A stretch of DNA of 32,000 nucleotides from Promethearchaeum syntrophicum (lineage in GTDB: Archaea > Asgardarchaeota > Lokiarchaeia > Sigyniarchaeales > Promethearchaeaceae): assembly GCF_008000775.2 (NCBI RefSeq), contig NZ_CP042905.2, forward strand, positions 3,900,001 through 3,932,000, read 5' to 3'. Numbering within the stretch: position 1 is the stretch's first letter; every line of letters starts with the position of its first letter. The notes under the pieces were generated by a model. It was not told the origin of the DNA, did not search any database, and saw only the letters and a program-made list of their open reading frames with translations. Shown here piece after piece: positions 1-8,864 of the stretch. A program made the translations under genes and the position numbers.

Positions 1-2387
1 AAAAAGGTTTAGCTTACCGCAAAGAATCTATGGTTAACTGGTGTCCAGGATGCAACTCAGTATTAGCAAACGAACAGGTTATTAGTGGAAAATGTTGGAG
101 ATGTTCAGCAGTAATTCAACCAAAATTTTTGTCGCAATGGTTTTTTAAAATTAGAGAATATGCTGATGAACTCCTAGATAAATTAGATACCCTTGATTGG
201 CCAGAAAAAGTAAAAATTATGCAAAAGAATTGGATAGGTAGAAGTGAAGGTTCTACAATAGATTTTGAAGTTGAAGGAACAGATCAGACTTTAGCAATAT
301 TTACAACGCGAAGCGACACAATATTTGGAGTCACCTTTATGACGATGGCTGCAGAGCATCCATGGTGTGCAGATTGGGTTAAAGATACGGAATATGAAGA
401 AGAATATCAACAATTTTATGAAGATGTTATGCAAGAAGATCGATATCAGCGCACTGCAGAAGATACGGAGAAAAAAGGTGTATTTTTAGGTAAATTTGCA
501 ATAAATCCCTTAACAGGAAATAAAATCCCAATTTATGCAGGTAATTTTGTAATATATGAATATGGTGCAGGGGCAGTGATGGCGGTACCAGGTCACGATC
601 AGCGAGATTTTGAATTTGCTAAAAAATATGATATTCCAATTAAAATTGTAATTCAACCATTCGATGGATATAAATTAAATGGGGAAAAAATGAGTCGCGC
701 TTTTCTTGATGATGGAATTTTAGATGAATCAGAAGAGTTTACAGGAATTGAAAACAGAGTAGCAATTAATCGAATTGAAAAAAAACTTAATAAATTGGGG
801 AAAGGAGGACCAATAGTAAATTATAAAATAAGAGATTGGTTAATTTCTCGACAAAGATTTTGGGGAACTCCAATTCCTATTATTTATTGCAAAGATTGTG
901 GTACAGTTCCTGTTTCATACGAAAATTTACCGGTAGAACTCCCAAATGATGCAATTTTTGGTAAATCGGGAAATCCTTTAGAACATAGCAAAACTTTTAT
1001 GAACGTAAAATGCCCAAAATGTGGTAAAAAAGCCCGTAGAGAAACAGATACAATGGATACATTTGTCGACTCATCATGGTACTTTTTAAAATACACAAGT
1101 CCACAATTAGCAGATATTCCCTTTGAGAAAGAGGATGTAGAATATTGGGGACCAGTTGATCAATATATTGGGGGAATAGAACATGCAATATTGCACTTGC
1201 TCTATGCGAGATTTTTTACTAAAATGAGCAGAGATCTAGGACTCCATAATTTTGATGAACCATTTAAAGCGTTACTTACTCAAGGGATGATAAATAAAGC
1301 ACATCCGTATTGCGAAAATTGCCGAAAATTCCTTCCCGCAAGTTACAACAAAGATGGTGAATGGGAGGGTGAATATAATCAAGAAAAAGAGACTTGTAAT
1401 ACTTGTGGGCAAAAATATATATTAAAATCGGCAAAGATGTCTAAAAGTCTTGGAAACACACTCTCACCGGGACCAATTATACAAGAATTTGGTGCAGATA
1501 CTGCAAGATTTTTCATAATGCATGGTGCAAATCCTGAACGGGAGTTAGAATGGTCAGATTCAGGGTGCAGTTCAGATAATAAAACCCTTCTAAAAATCTG
1601 GGATACAATTACGGCTCAACCATCTGCTACTCGATATAAAGATGATGTATATGATGAATACATTCGATTTCGCTTAAATCGTATGATCAAGAAGGTTTCA
1701 AATTTCTATCAGATTAAACTGATTAGAGACGCTTTGAATGAAATTATTGGATTTAATGATATTATCAAAAGATACATTGATATGAAACCTAATAAAAAGC
1801 TTCTAAGAGAATCGAAAGAGAACATTCTATTAATGTTAGCACCAATAACTCCCCATTTATGTGAAGAATTATGGAAATTCATGAATAAAAAAGGATATAT
1901 CTCTTTAGCATCATGGCCAGATTATGATGAAGCTTTAATTAACGAATCTATTGAGAAACATTGGTTAGCATATGAAAATGTAATAGAAGATGTCAAAAAT
2001 ATTCAGAAATTAATTAAGCTTGAAAATCCTGAAGAGATCCAAGTAATAATTGCTGATAATTGGAAGAATGATTTCATTTCTAAAATGGAAATACATGTTA
2101 AAGATGGTAAAAATTTTGGTGATTTGATGAAAATTGCAATGCAAAATCCCGATTGGAAACGCTACGCCAAATTAATTAAAAATATCTTAGGAAAAATATC
2201 AAAAAATCCTGATAAATTTGCAGCACCCTTTGAAAACCAAGATGACGAATATAATTTCTTTATTCAAAACATTTGTTTATTGGAATCAGATATCGGTTTT
2301 AAAATCTCAATAATAAAAGAAACGGATTCTGACGAAAAGAAAAAAAATAATTCTTTACCAGGAAAACCAGCATTGATTATTCGTTAA
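1..2387 (+). CDS. leuS: Leucyl-tRNA synthetase, bacterial-type architecture, 5'-truncated by the window edge
   Basis: The frame is open upstream of the listed ATG at 30 ([26 protein letters not shown]), so the N-terminus including HIGH lies outside. Zn motif CPGC..CWRC, CP1 editing motif [41 protein letters not shown] and KMSKSLGN are all present. Confidence 0.96.
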   Translation, partial: KGLAYRKESMVNWCPGCNSVLANEQVISGKCWRCSAVIQPKFLSQWFFKIREYADELLDKLDTLDWPEKVKIMQKNWIGRSEGSTIDFEVEGTDQTLAIFTTRSDTIFGVTFMTMAAEHPWCADWVKDTEYEEEYQQFYEDVMQEDRYQRTAEDTEKKGVFLGKFAINPLTGNKIPIYAGNFVIYEYGAGAVMAVPGHDQRDFEFAKKYDIPIKIVIQPFDGYKLNGEKMSRAFLDDGILDESEEFTGIENRVAINRIEKKLNKLGKGGPIVNYKIRDWLISRQRFWGTPIPIIYCKDCGTVPVSYENLPVELPNDAIFGKSGNPLEHSKTFMNVKCPKCGKKARRETDTMDTFVDSSWYFLKYTSPQLADIPFEKEDVEYWGPVDQYIGGIEHAILHLLYARFFTKMSRDLGLHNFDEPFKALLTQGMINKAHPYCENCRKFLPASYNKDGEWEGEYNQEKETCNTCGQKYILKSAKMSKSLGNTLSPGPIIQEFGADTARFFIMHGANPERELEWSDSGCSSDNKTLLKIWDTITAQPSATRYKDDVYDEYIRFRLNRMIKKVSNFYQIKLIRDALNEIIGFNDIIKRYIDMKPNKKLLRESKENILLMLAPITPHLCEELWKFMNKKGYISLASWPDYDEALINESIEKHWLAYENVIEDVKNIQKLIKLENPEEIQVIIADNWKNDFISKMEIHVKDGKNFGDLMKIAMQNPDWKRYAKLIKNILGKISKNPDKFAAPFENQDDEYNFFIQNICLLESDIGFKISIIKETDSDEKKKNNSLPGKPALIIR

Positions 2388-2389
2388 AA

Positions 2390-2398
2390 TTTTTTTTT
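2390..2398 (+). terminator. Poly-T archaeal-type terminator candidate after leuS
   Basis: Run of 9 T starting 3 nt after the stop codon. Confidence 0.45.
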
Positions 2399-2488
2399 CT
2401 TATTTTAAAATAATCCATAATCTCAGGTAGAAATCCATGATTATGATAAAGATTATTGCTCATTTTTTGTAATGGTAAAAGGAAGAAA

Positions 2489-3364
2489 TTATGTTTTTTC
2501 CTCTTTATTAGTTTCAATCTGAATTGTTAGAGTTTTATTAATACCCATTTTTCGACAAAATTTCAATATATATTGTTTTCTACTGTCAAAAGTGACATCG
2601 AAAGCGATTATTACAGGTAATATAATAAATGCAATTAATAAAGGCATGATCGGCCAAGCAATTGAAAAGATTATTGTCATTGTTCCCCCTGAAGCAAGAC
2701 TTTCTGATATTTCAAATATCAAGGTGTAAAAGTTGATTATTACAGCAATTCCAGCATAACCTTTTAGAAAATTCAAATATAATGCCCCTACACTCACAAC
2801 CTCAGTTGGAATAGGTACATCCTTATCTTTTTCTTTATTAGTATGAATCAATCCTGCATCTATTATAAAATATGCTGGCGCGAATACAATCATTGCTATA
2901 GCGATTACTAATGGAAGTAATGCGGATATAACAAAAATGTTTGTAATCGGATCAGTATCAGTATAATAACTAGGGGTTAAAATAAATTGTCGTACTGTTG
3001 GTATTTTATATAGTAAAAATGCTAAATTAAATGCAAAAAGGGAAGGAAAAATAATTTTTGAGAAAAAATCTTTAAATTTTATTGAATTTGGTTTATCTTC
3101 GGTTGCATATATTAAATTACGACCAATAACTTTCATTTGAATGATAATAAATAAAGGAGATAAGAAATAACCTCCTAAAAATCCCCCCAATAATGAAAAG
3201 ATGAGAATTGAGAAGAGAATGATTGTATTATCATGATTTTGGCTGCCCGTTATAGTAAAATTGTAGAAATGTTCAAATGGTGGCATTACAAATTCAGCAA
3301 TAAGAAAGATAAAGAACATTATACAATAGATGATTAACCATTTTTTATATTTTGTAAAAGACAT
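2489..3364 (-). CDS. Multi-pass membrane protein of unknown function
   Basis: 291-aa ORF with several hydrophobic segments (e.g. WLIIYCIMFFIFLIAEFVM, FSILIFSLLGGFLGGYFL, IFSIAWPIMPLLIAFIILPVIIAF) and an AT-rich TATA-like upstream region. Confidence 0.75.
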   Translation of the reverse strand: MSFTKYKKWLIIYCIMFFIFLIAEFVMPPFEHFYNFTITGSQNHDNTIILFSILIFSLLGGFLGGYFLSPLFIIIQMKVIGRNLIYATEDKPNSIKFKDFFSKIIFPSLFAFNLAFLLYKIPTVRQFILTPSYYTDTDPITNIFVISALLPLVIAIAMIVFAPAYFIIDAGLIHTNKEKDKDVPIPTEVVSVGALYLNFLKGYAGIAVIINFYTLIFEISESLASGGTMTIIFSIAWPIMPLLIAFIILPVIIAFDVTFDSRKQYILKFCRKMGINKTLTIQIETNKEEKT

Positions 3365-3466
3365 GAAATCACAAATTTAATTTAAACTATATATATTTAG
3401 TTTTAGATTTATATAAATGTAATAAAAAAATTTCTTCTTTATAAAAATATCCTTCAAAAAAAAGAT

Positions 3467-4027
3467 TTAATCAACAATTTCTTCAAGTTCGATTTCCCTT
3501 TTTAATTTAAGATAATTTTTTTGTTCTCTTATGTAATTATTATCAGAAATTTGACCTTCTGCGAATTGTGTATCAATCTCATCCATTTTTTTTCGTAGTG
3601 CGGCTAATTGTTTTCTTTTTGCCGCTGTTTGTAATCTTTTTAAATATTTTTGATAATTCTTTAGCGCTTTCTTCATAGCATCTGATACTTCTTTATTTTT
3701 ATCATTACTTGCTTGTTCCATATGAGACAGGGCAATTTTGAGCATACTTGGATTATTTTCGCTGACTTGAACAATACTTTTAGCTACATTTTTACGAATT
3801 TCTACATCCGGGTTATTTAAAGCAGTTAATAGCATAGGGATTGCAGAATTTTCAAGAACATCATCCAAATAAGCGTTTACTTCTTTCTGAACAGACTTGG
3901 GATAAGTTGTTATTCTTTTTTCACGAATATATCCTATAAATAATAAAGGCATTTCTGCGTTCCATCCTTCGATCATTTTTTTATCCGCAAGCTGTATGAT
4001 TCGTGCTTTATCTTGGAAAATTTTCAT
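3467..4027 (-). CDS. Small HEAT-like repeat protein with a basic coiled-coil C-terminus, directly downstream of top6A
   Basis: 186-aa ORF. The segment AIPMLLTALNNPDVEIRKNVAKSIVQVSENNP resembles a HEAT repeat, followed by a KR/E-rich helical tail. Its ATG abuts the top6A stop (TAAATG). Confidence 0.75.
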   Translation of the reverse strand: MKIFQDKARIIQLADKKMIEGWNAEMPLLFIGYIREKRITTYPKSVQKEVNAYLDDVLENSAIPMLLTALNNPDVEIRKNVAKSIVQVSENNPSMLKIALSHMEQASNDKNKEVSDAMKKALKNYQKYLKRLQTAAKRKQLAALRKKMDEIDTQFAEGQISDNNYIREQKNYLKLKREIELEEIVD

Positions 4028-5263
4028 TTAGATCCAATCTCCTGATTCAATTTTATTGGGAAGATATGATTCGGTTAAAAATTCAAACCCATGTGCAGAT
4101 AATGCTTGAATTTCTGCTTTTACTTTTAATTTCTTCATAAGGCGGAGATCCGCACTCCATTTTTTATTATTTTTAACAAAATCTTCATTTAGCATCTCAT
4201 CTAACCGCTTATTATCTTGTTTATTCATTGCAATCCTACAATTTGCAGGAATATTATATTCAGCAAGATCTTTTGATAATACACCTAAAAGATGCATGTT
4301 TGGAGTTGCTAGAAAAGGTGATTCATAACTCAGTCTTTTTGAACCCCTTAAATAAACACTATATATATAATGTCCATAAGGATCACTATCCATTAATGCA
4401 AATGTAGGTAAATTTAGGACTTTATTGATTCTCTTTAAAAACATCCGAGTTGCCATGTCAGCTGCTCCTTTACCAGTTAGAATTATACATGGAAATTTTC
4501 GCCACCATCTAGCTTCAGAAAGACGGATCATAGCCGCATCTTTTTCTAAAACTAAAATAAATTCTGCATCTGATTCTAGTATCTCAATGTTATCCAACAT
4601 TGGAGAAATTGTCCAACCCCCAGATCCTAAACCCTCCAAATCAATAATATCGTTTTTGTCTTTGATCCGTAACCTTCCAATTGCGGTTCCTTTGGCAGAA
4701 GCAACAATATGGGTTGAATTTCGAGTAGTTTTAAGTATCGTAGAAACATCCTCGATAGATGCATCACTATTTTTCTGATCTTGAAATAGATTTACATCAC
4801 CATAGAAAATTTCACGTTTAGTTGCGTGGATATCTTTAGATAATAATTCGTAAACTAATTCTAATACACGCATTAATCTTGTAGTGTCGATAACTGATGT
4901 AAGTGATAACAAATTTTTTGAAGTGAGTTTATTCCCCAGTAATAATAAGTCAAGAGTTTGGTCATAGATAATATTTTTATTAGAACGGCTTGGGATTTTT
5001 AACACTGCAGAACCATTGTGCATAATGGTATCACACAATTCTTGGGTTAAATTATTTATTCGGTTTATTCCTTCATCAATTTGAACATCATCAATTTGAA
5101 TAGTCCCAGGTGGTTGAATAAATTTCTTTTTTGAATCTCTTTGTAAATTTTTCTTAAGAATACCTCTTAATATTGTGAAATTTTCCATAGTAAGATTGGT
5201 TTTGAGTTTTTTAGATCCTACAGAAACAGCAGTATTATTGGTTGTTTTTGATTTTTTTGCCAC
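4028..5263 (-). CDS. top6A: DNA topoisomerase VI subunit A / Spo11-like
   Basis: 5Y-CAP motif HATKREIFYGDVNLF (candidate catalytic Tyr154), Toprim acidic motifs FILVLEKDAAMIRL and FALMDSDPYGHYIYS, TGKGAADMATR, and C-terminal KAEIQALS...YLPNKIESGDWI. Start codon is GTG at 5263-5261. Confidence 0.96.
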   Translation of the reverse strand: MAKKSKTTNNTAVSVGSKKLKTNLTMENFTILRGILKKNLQRDSKKKFIQPPGTIQIDDVQIDEGINRINNLTQELCDTIMHNGSAVLKIPSRSNKNIIYDQTLDLLLLGNKLTSKNLLSLTSVIDTTRLMRVLELVYELLSKDIHATKREIFYGDVNLFQDQKNSDASIEDVSTILKTTRNSTHIVASAKGTAIGRLRIKDKNDIIDLEGLGSGGWTISPMLDNIEILESDAEFILVLEKDAAMIRLSEARWWRKFPCIILTGKGAADMATRMFLKRINKVLNLPTFALMDSDPYGHYIYSVYLRGSKRLSYESPFLATPNMHLLGVLSKDLAEYNIPANCRIAMNKQDNKRLDEMLNEDFVKNNKKWSADLRLMKKLKVKAEIQALSAHGFEFLTESYLPNKIESGDWI

Positions 5264-5272
5264 TTTTGATCA

Positions 5273-8200
5273 TCACTTAGTATTTTTCTTCCAATAGGTC
5301 TTTCCGCTTTTAATAGCGATAAGAAGATTTTTTCCCTGTGTTAATTGCTTTAATTTTATTTGTAAGAACCTTGCATCTCTAAGATCAGTTATTTCTAATA
5401 TTTTAATCATATCTTTAATATTGAACCAAGCGTCATTTGGACATTTCTCAAGAATTAAACTTTTTGAGATAATGCTAATTTTGGATTTTGGTTTAATTAA
5501 TTTTCGTGCTTGGAAAGGTTGCCGTGTAGGTGGACTTATCGGTATAGTTGTTTGACTTTTTTTTGCACTTTCAATTTTCTTTCTTACAGATAATTTTTTC
5601 ATTCCGGGTCTCGATGAAGACTGATTATTTCTTGTCGAATAAGAACTTAGATTTTTTTGAGGAGTTGGTTTAGTTGATATTGATTTCATTCGATCATCAA
5701 TTGATTTCACTTTTATTGGTATTGAACCTGGTTTTCTTCTTCTAATTTCAGGTTTTGCAGAAATATTACTTACTTTTTGATCCGCTTTTTCTGATATCTC
5801 ACTTGAAGGAACGGAAATACTAACTTCATCTGTTTTAACTTCTTTATGTTCGGATAATTCTTTTGCTTTTAAAAATTCTGATTGGATTTCTTCTTCTTTC
5901 TCTTTTCGTAATCTTTCTGCCTCTATTTCTTCTGGTGTTTGTTCAATTCTTCCTTCTAAACGATCTAGTAATCTTGATTCAAGGTTTTTTGCCGTAATGG
6001 TTTGATATCCTTCTGTTCTGTTTACAATGCTTATTAGAGAATTAACAAAAATTGGAATATATTTCTCAATAGTTTTCGATCTTCGCTTTCGATCTTGTCG
6101 TTTTATCCGTCTATTTTCAAAAAGTCTAATTTTTCGCCCAATTACTTCCAAACACATTTTTATTTCTTTTAATAAGTCTTCATCTTCAGCTAAGGCATTC
6201 TTTGCTTGAGATTTAAACATAAGATGAACATATGGCCCTGAAACATTAACTAATATCCTAATATTTCCCTTTGGAATTTTATTGTCAAATGTATCTAGCT
6301 TATAATTCTTCCATTTAACTGATTGGACCCCTTTCCAAATAGCACAATCAGAATTATCCCGCATTTTAGGAGTTCGATTCACATATCGCATTAAAATGTT
6401 TTGCGCTTGTTTGCCACCGGTGATTTTTGGACTTATAGCAACTGCGGCTTCAACAACAAAAGCTAAGCCTTTACCACTTGTAGGAGGTCGAGTATGACCG
6501 CAGATAAAATCTTCTTCTTGCGTGTGAAGAGCATCAAATATTTGGAAAAATTCATCGTATAATTGTATATTCTCATCATCACTTAAATGAAGATTTTTAA
6601 TGCTAAACTCATCATTATAATATGGTTCTTTTCTAAATTTTGTTAATATTCGATTTGTAAATAAGGCCTCTTCTTTTTTTCCTAATTTTGTAATTTTCCG
6701 TTCGTAATGTCCAAAGATATCTATTCTATGAGACAGACTTAAATTGAATTCTTTTAATAAAGTTGTTTCTAAGATGTTTGCTCCTATTGGAACAGCCGGC
6801 TCATTTGGAGGCGCCATGTACTTTTGGGCTTTAAACACAATAAAAAGTGATTCAATTTGTTTTTGAGAAAGAGAATTAGGTTTTGACTTTGAAATTAATA
6901 ATTCTTTTACCATTTCTTCAAATTTATCAGTTGTTTTTATTTCTTGAATTTCATTTTTTCCAGGAATAAATGAAAATTGTTTAACTGTTTTGATGAGGCT
7001 TTGTTTTAATTTTTCTATTGTTTTTTTATCAACTTCAATTTCTTTTTGAATATCTGATATTTTCTTCTTAATTTCTTTATTTTTCTTCTTGTCTACTACT
7101 TTTATATTTTCTTTTCGAAATTTTCGAATTTTTCGACTCTTTGCTGCAATAGAACTATGAGCTTTATTAAGAGGCTTAACTATTTCCCAATATTTTTCGA
7201 TTTCAAATTCGGAATCTATTTTATATGTTATTAATTTGTCTCTTTTTTTTTGCGACCGACCAAAAATTCTCGGTTCATATCTTAGATAGTACAATTGTCC
7301 CGGACTTTTATTCCAAGTAATAAATCCATGGTTTAGATTTAATAGTCCTAAATCATTTTCTAAACTTGCTTCACTTTGTTTTATAATTTCACGCGCTAAA
7401 CTTGAACTTATTCGAACAAAATTATCCTGCATAAAAGCAGAGACTGTTAGATTTTGAGAAGATCGTAATAAATCTTGAAAATCTCCAATATTTGTGGAGG
7501 AAGGATGCGGTAAAGCATAAACAGGTTCGCGAGGGAACCTTCTAACCCTTCTTGGATATATCTTTTCATTTCCTAAAGGATCTAAATAAATAAGTGTTAT
7601 GTGAGGATTTGTTAAGGCAGTTTGTTCAATATATTTGTCAATATAACCCCGTTTATATTTAACATTTAAATATGATAATTCCACGTAAGTTCCATGTTCA
7701 AAGAAACAATCCACTTCAGTGGGAGGTACCACATATTCCTTATTGTTTTTACTTGTAGTATAGAATTCCGAGCATATTCCGTATAATTGATTGTAATTCT
7801 TAGATACAACTTTGATTGGTTTTCCCGTAGTATTTTGAGCATCACTAAACGCACTTGGTGAACCAAAACCTTGAGAACCTCTGGTTTGTTTCAATTTATG
7901 AGATTTGCTGGAGGCAAGATATTTTCCGAATTTTCCCAGATCATCAGGTGCCATTCCAGATCCATTATCAAATATCTCAAAATTATATTCAAAAACCTCC
8001 TTATTCTTCTTACTGATATCAGCGTATACTGCCTTCGCTTCTCTCTCAGTTAGCTGAATTAAAACAAATGGTTCTCTCTCAACCAAAGCTTTAATTGGGA
8101 AGAGATATCCATCTAAACCCCACATTATATCTTGAACTTCTTGTTCAAGATCTTTGGCTTTCTTCCGTAACTTTCTCAATTTCTTTGCTTCTTCATCATC

Positions 8201-8644
8201 TTCAACGATATCTTCCTTTTTTTTTCGAGTTTCTGCTTCTTTTTTCCCTTCGATAATTACTTTATCAGATAATTCATCCGCTTCAACTTGAATCAAGCCA
8301 TCTTCTGATAATTCTTCCCCTTCATCATCAACACCTGAATTTGCGAGTTCTCTATCGAAATTTTTGACATCCTCTTCAGAAACTCCTCCACCTAAATAGC
8401 TGAAATTTTCTAAAAGTAGATCATCTTTTAATTTAAATTCGTATTCTAAAGCAGTTCGACCCATTTTCCATTGGAATGATTCAACAGCATCAAGTGAATT
8501 GTCCAGAAATTCAATCGCGTATTGAGTATGCTTATTTAAACCGAAATCGAACCCGACTAATTGAGTTCGCTTGCGCATGAATTCTGCTATAGAGCCTTGT
8601 TTAATTGTTCCAGTATCTGATGAACTTGCTTTACTTTTCGCCAT
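5273..8644 (-). CDS. top6B: DNA topoisomerase VI subunit B (GHKL ATPase), greatly enlarged (~1123 aa)
   Basis: N-box region GFDFGLNKHTQYAIEFLDNSLDA, G1 box FEIFDNGSGM, KFGKYLASSKSH, G2 box RGSQGFGSPSAFSDAQNTTGKPIKVVSK, H2TH-like SLSQKQIESLF...KYMAPPNEPAVPIG, transducer MRYVNRTPKMRDNSDCAIWKGV. The listed start at 8653 is TTG; ATG at 8644-8642 is the more likely start. Confidence 0.95.
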   Translation of the reverse strand: MAKSKASSSDTGTIKQGSIAEFMRKRTQLVGFDFGLNKHTQYAIEFLDNSLDAVESFQWKMGRTALEYEFKLKDDLLLENFSYLGGGVSEEDVKNFDRELANSGVDDEGEELSEDGLIQVEADELSDKVIIEGKKEAETRKKKEDIVEDDEEAKKLRKLRKKAKDLEQEVQDIMWGLDGYLFPIKALVEREPFVLIQLTEREAKAVYADISKKNKEVFEYNFEIFDNGSGMAPDDLGKFGKYLASSKSHKLKQTRGSQGFGSPSAFSDAQNTTGKPIKVVSKNYNQLYGICSEFYTTSKNNKEYVVPPTEVDCFFEHGTYVELSYLNVKYKRGYIDKYIEQTALTNPHITLIYLDPLGNEKIYPRRVRRFPREPVYALPHPSSTNIGDFQDLLRSSQNLTVSAFMQDNFVRISSSLAREIIKQSEASLENDLGLLNLNHGFITWNKSPGQLYYLRYEPRIFGRSQKKRDKLITYKIDSEFEIEKYWEIVKPLNKAHSSIAAKSRKIRKFRKENIKVVDKKKNKEIKKKISDIQKEIEVDKKTIEKLKQSLIKTVKQFSFIPGKNEIQEIKTTDKFEEMVKELLISKSKPNSLSQKQIESLFIVFKAQKYMAPPNEPAVPIGANILETTLLKEFNLSLSHRIDIFGHYERKITKLGKKEEALFTNRILTKFRKEPYYNDEFSIKNLHLSDDENIQLYDEFFQIFDALHTQEEDFICGHTRPPTSGKGLAFVVEAAVAISPKITGGKQAQNILMRYVNRTPKMRDNSDCAIWKGVQSVKWKNYKLDTFDNKIPKGNIRILVNVSGPYVHLMFKSQAKNALAEDEDLLKEIKMCLEVIGRKIRLFENRRIKRQDRKRRSKTIEKYIPIFVNSLISIVNRTEGYQTITAKNLESRLLDRLEGRIEQTPEEIEAERLRKEKEEEIQSEFLKAKELSEHKEVKTDEVSISVPSSEISEKADQKVSNISAKPEIRRRKPGSIPIKVKSIDDRMKSISTKPTPQKNLSSYSTRNNQSSSRPGMKKLSVRKKIESAKKSQTTIPISPPTRQPFQARKLIKPKSKISIISKSLILEKCPNDAWFNIKDMIKILEITDLRDARFLQIKLKQLTQGKNLLIAIKSGKTYWKKNTK

Positions 8645-8864
8645 TTCTTTCAACTTTAATGAGTCATTTAATATTTTGGATCATGAACTTCTTTAGTAAA
8701 TTTTCAAATGAAGTTACATCACCAACGGTATTTAAGGATTTGGAAATTCAGCACCATTATTTAAATTTTATGAAAATATCTGGATTTTCCCTTTTTTTAT
8801 TAATTCATAGTATTTGTTAGTATATTCGATAAGCTTTTTTTAAATCCTATTTATTTCATTTATA

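Noticed and set aside
4425-4778. 117-aa plus-strand ORF antisense to top6A
   Set aside because: Lies fully inside the well-supported top6A on the opposite strand; composition looks like a shadow ORF.
5273-5275. UGA at the end of top6B as a selenocysteine codon making a Top6B-Top6A fusion
   Set aside because: No SECIS recognised, a second UGA follows immediately, and Top6A has its own GTG start. Ordinary termination is far more likely; kept only as a testable frame observation.
8605-8820. 71-aa plus-strand ORF between top6B and coaBC
   Set aside because: Starts inside top6B on the opposite strand, no RBS, F/L-rich translation of AT-rich intergenic DNA.
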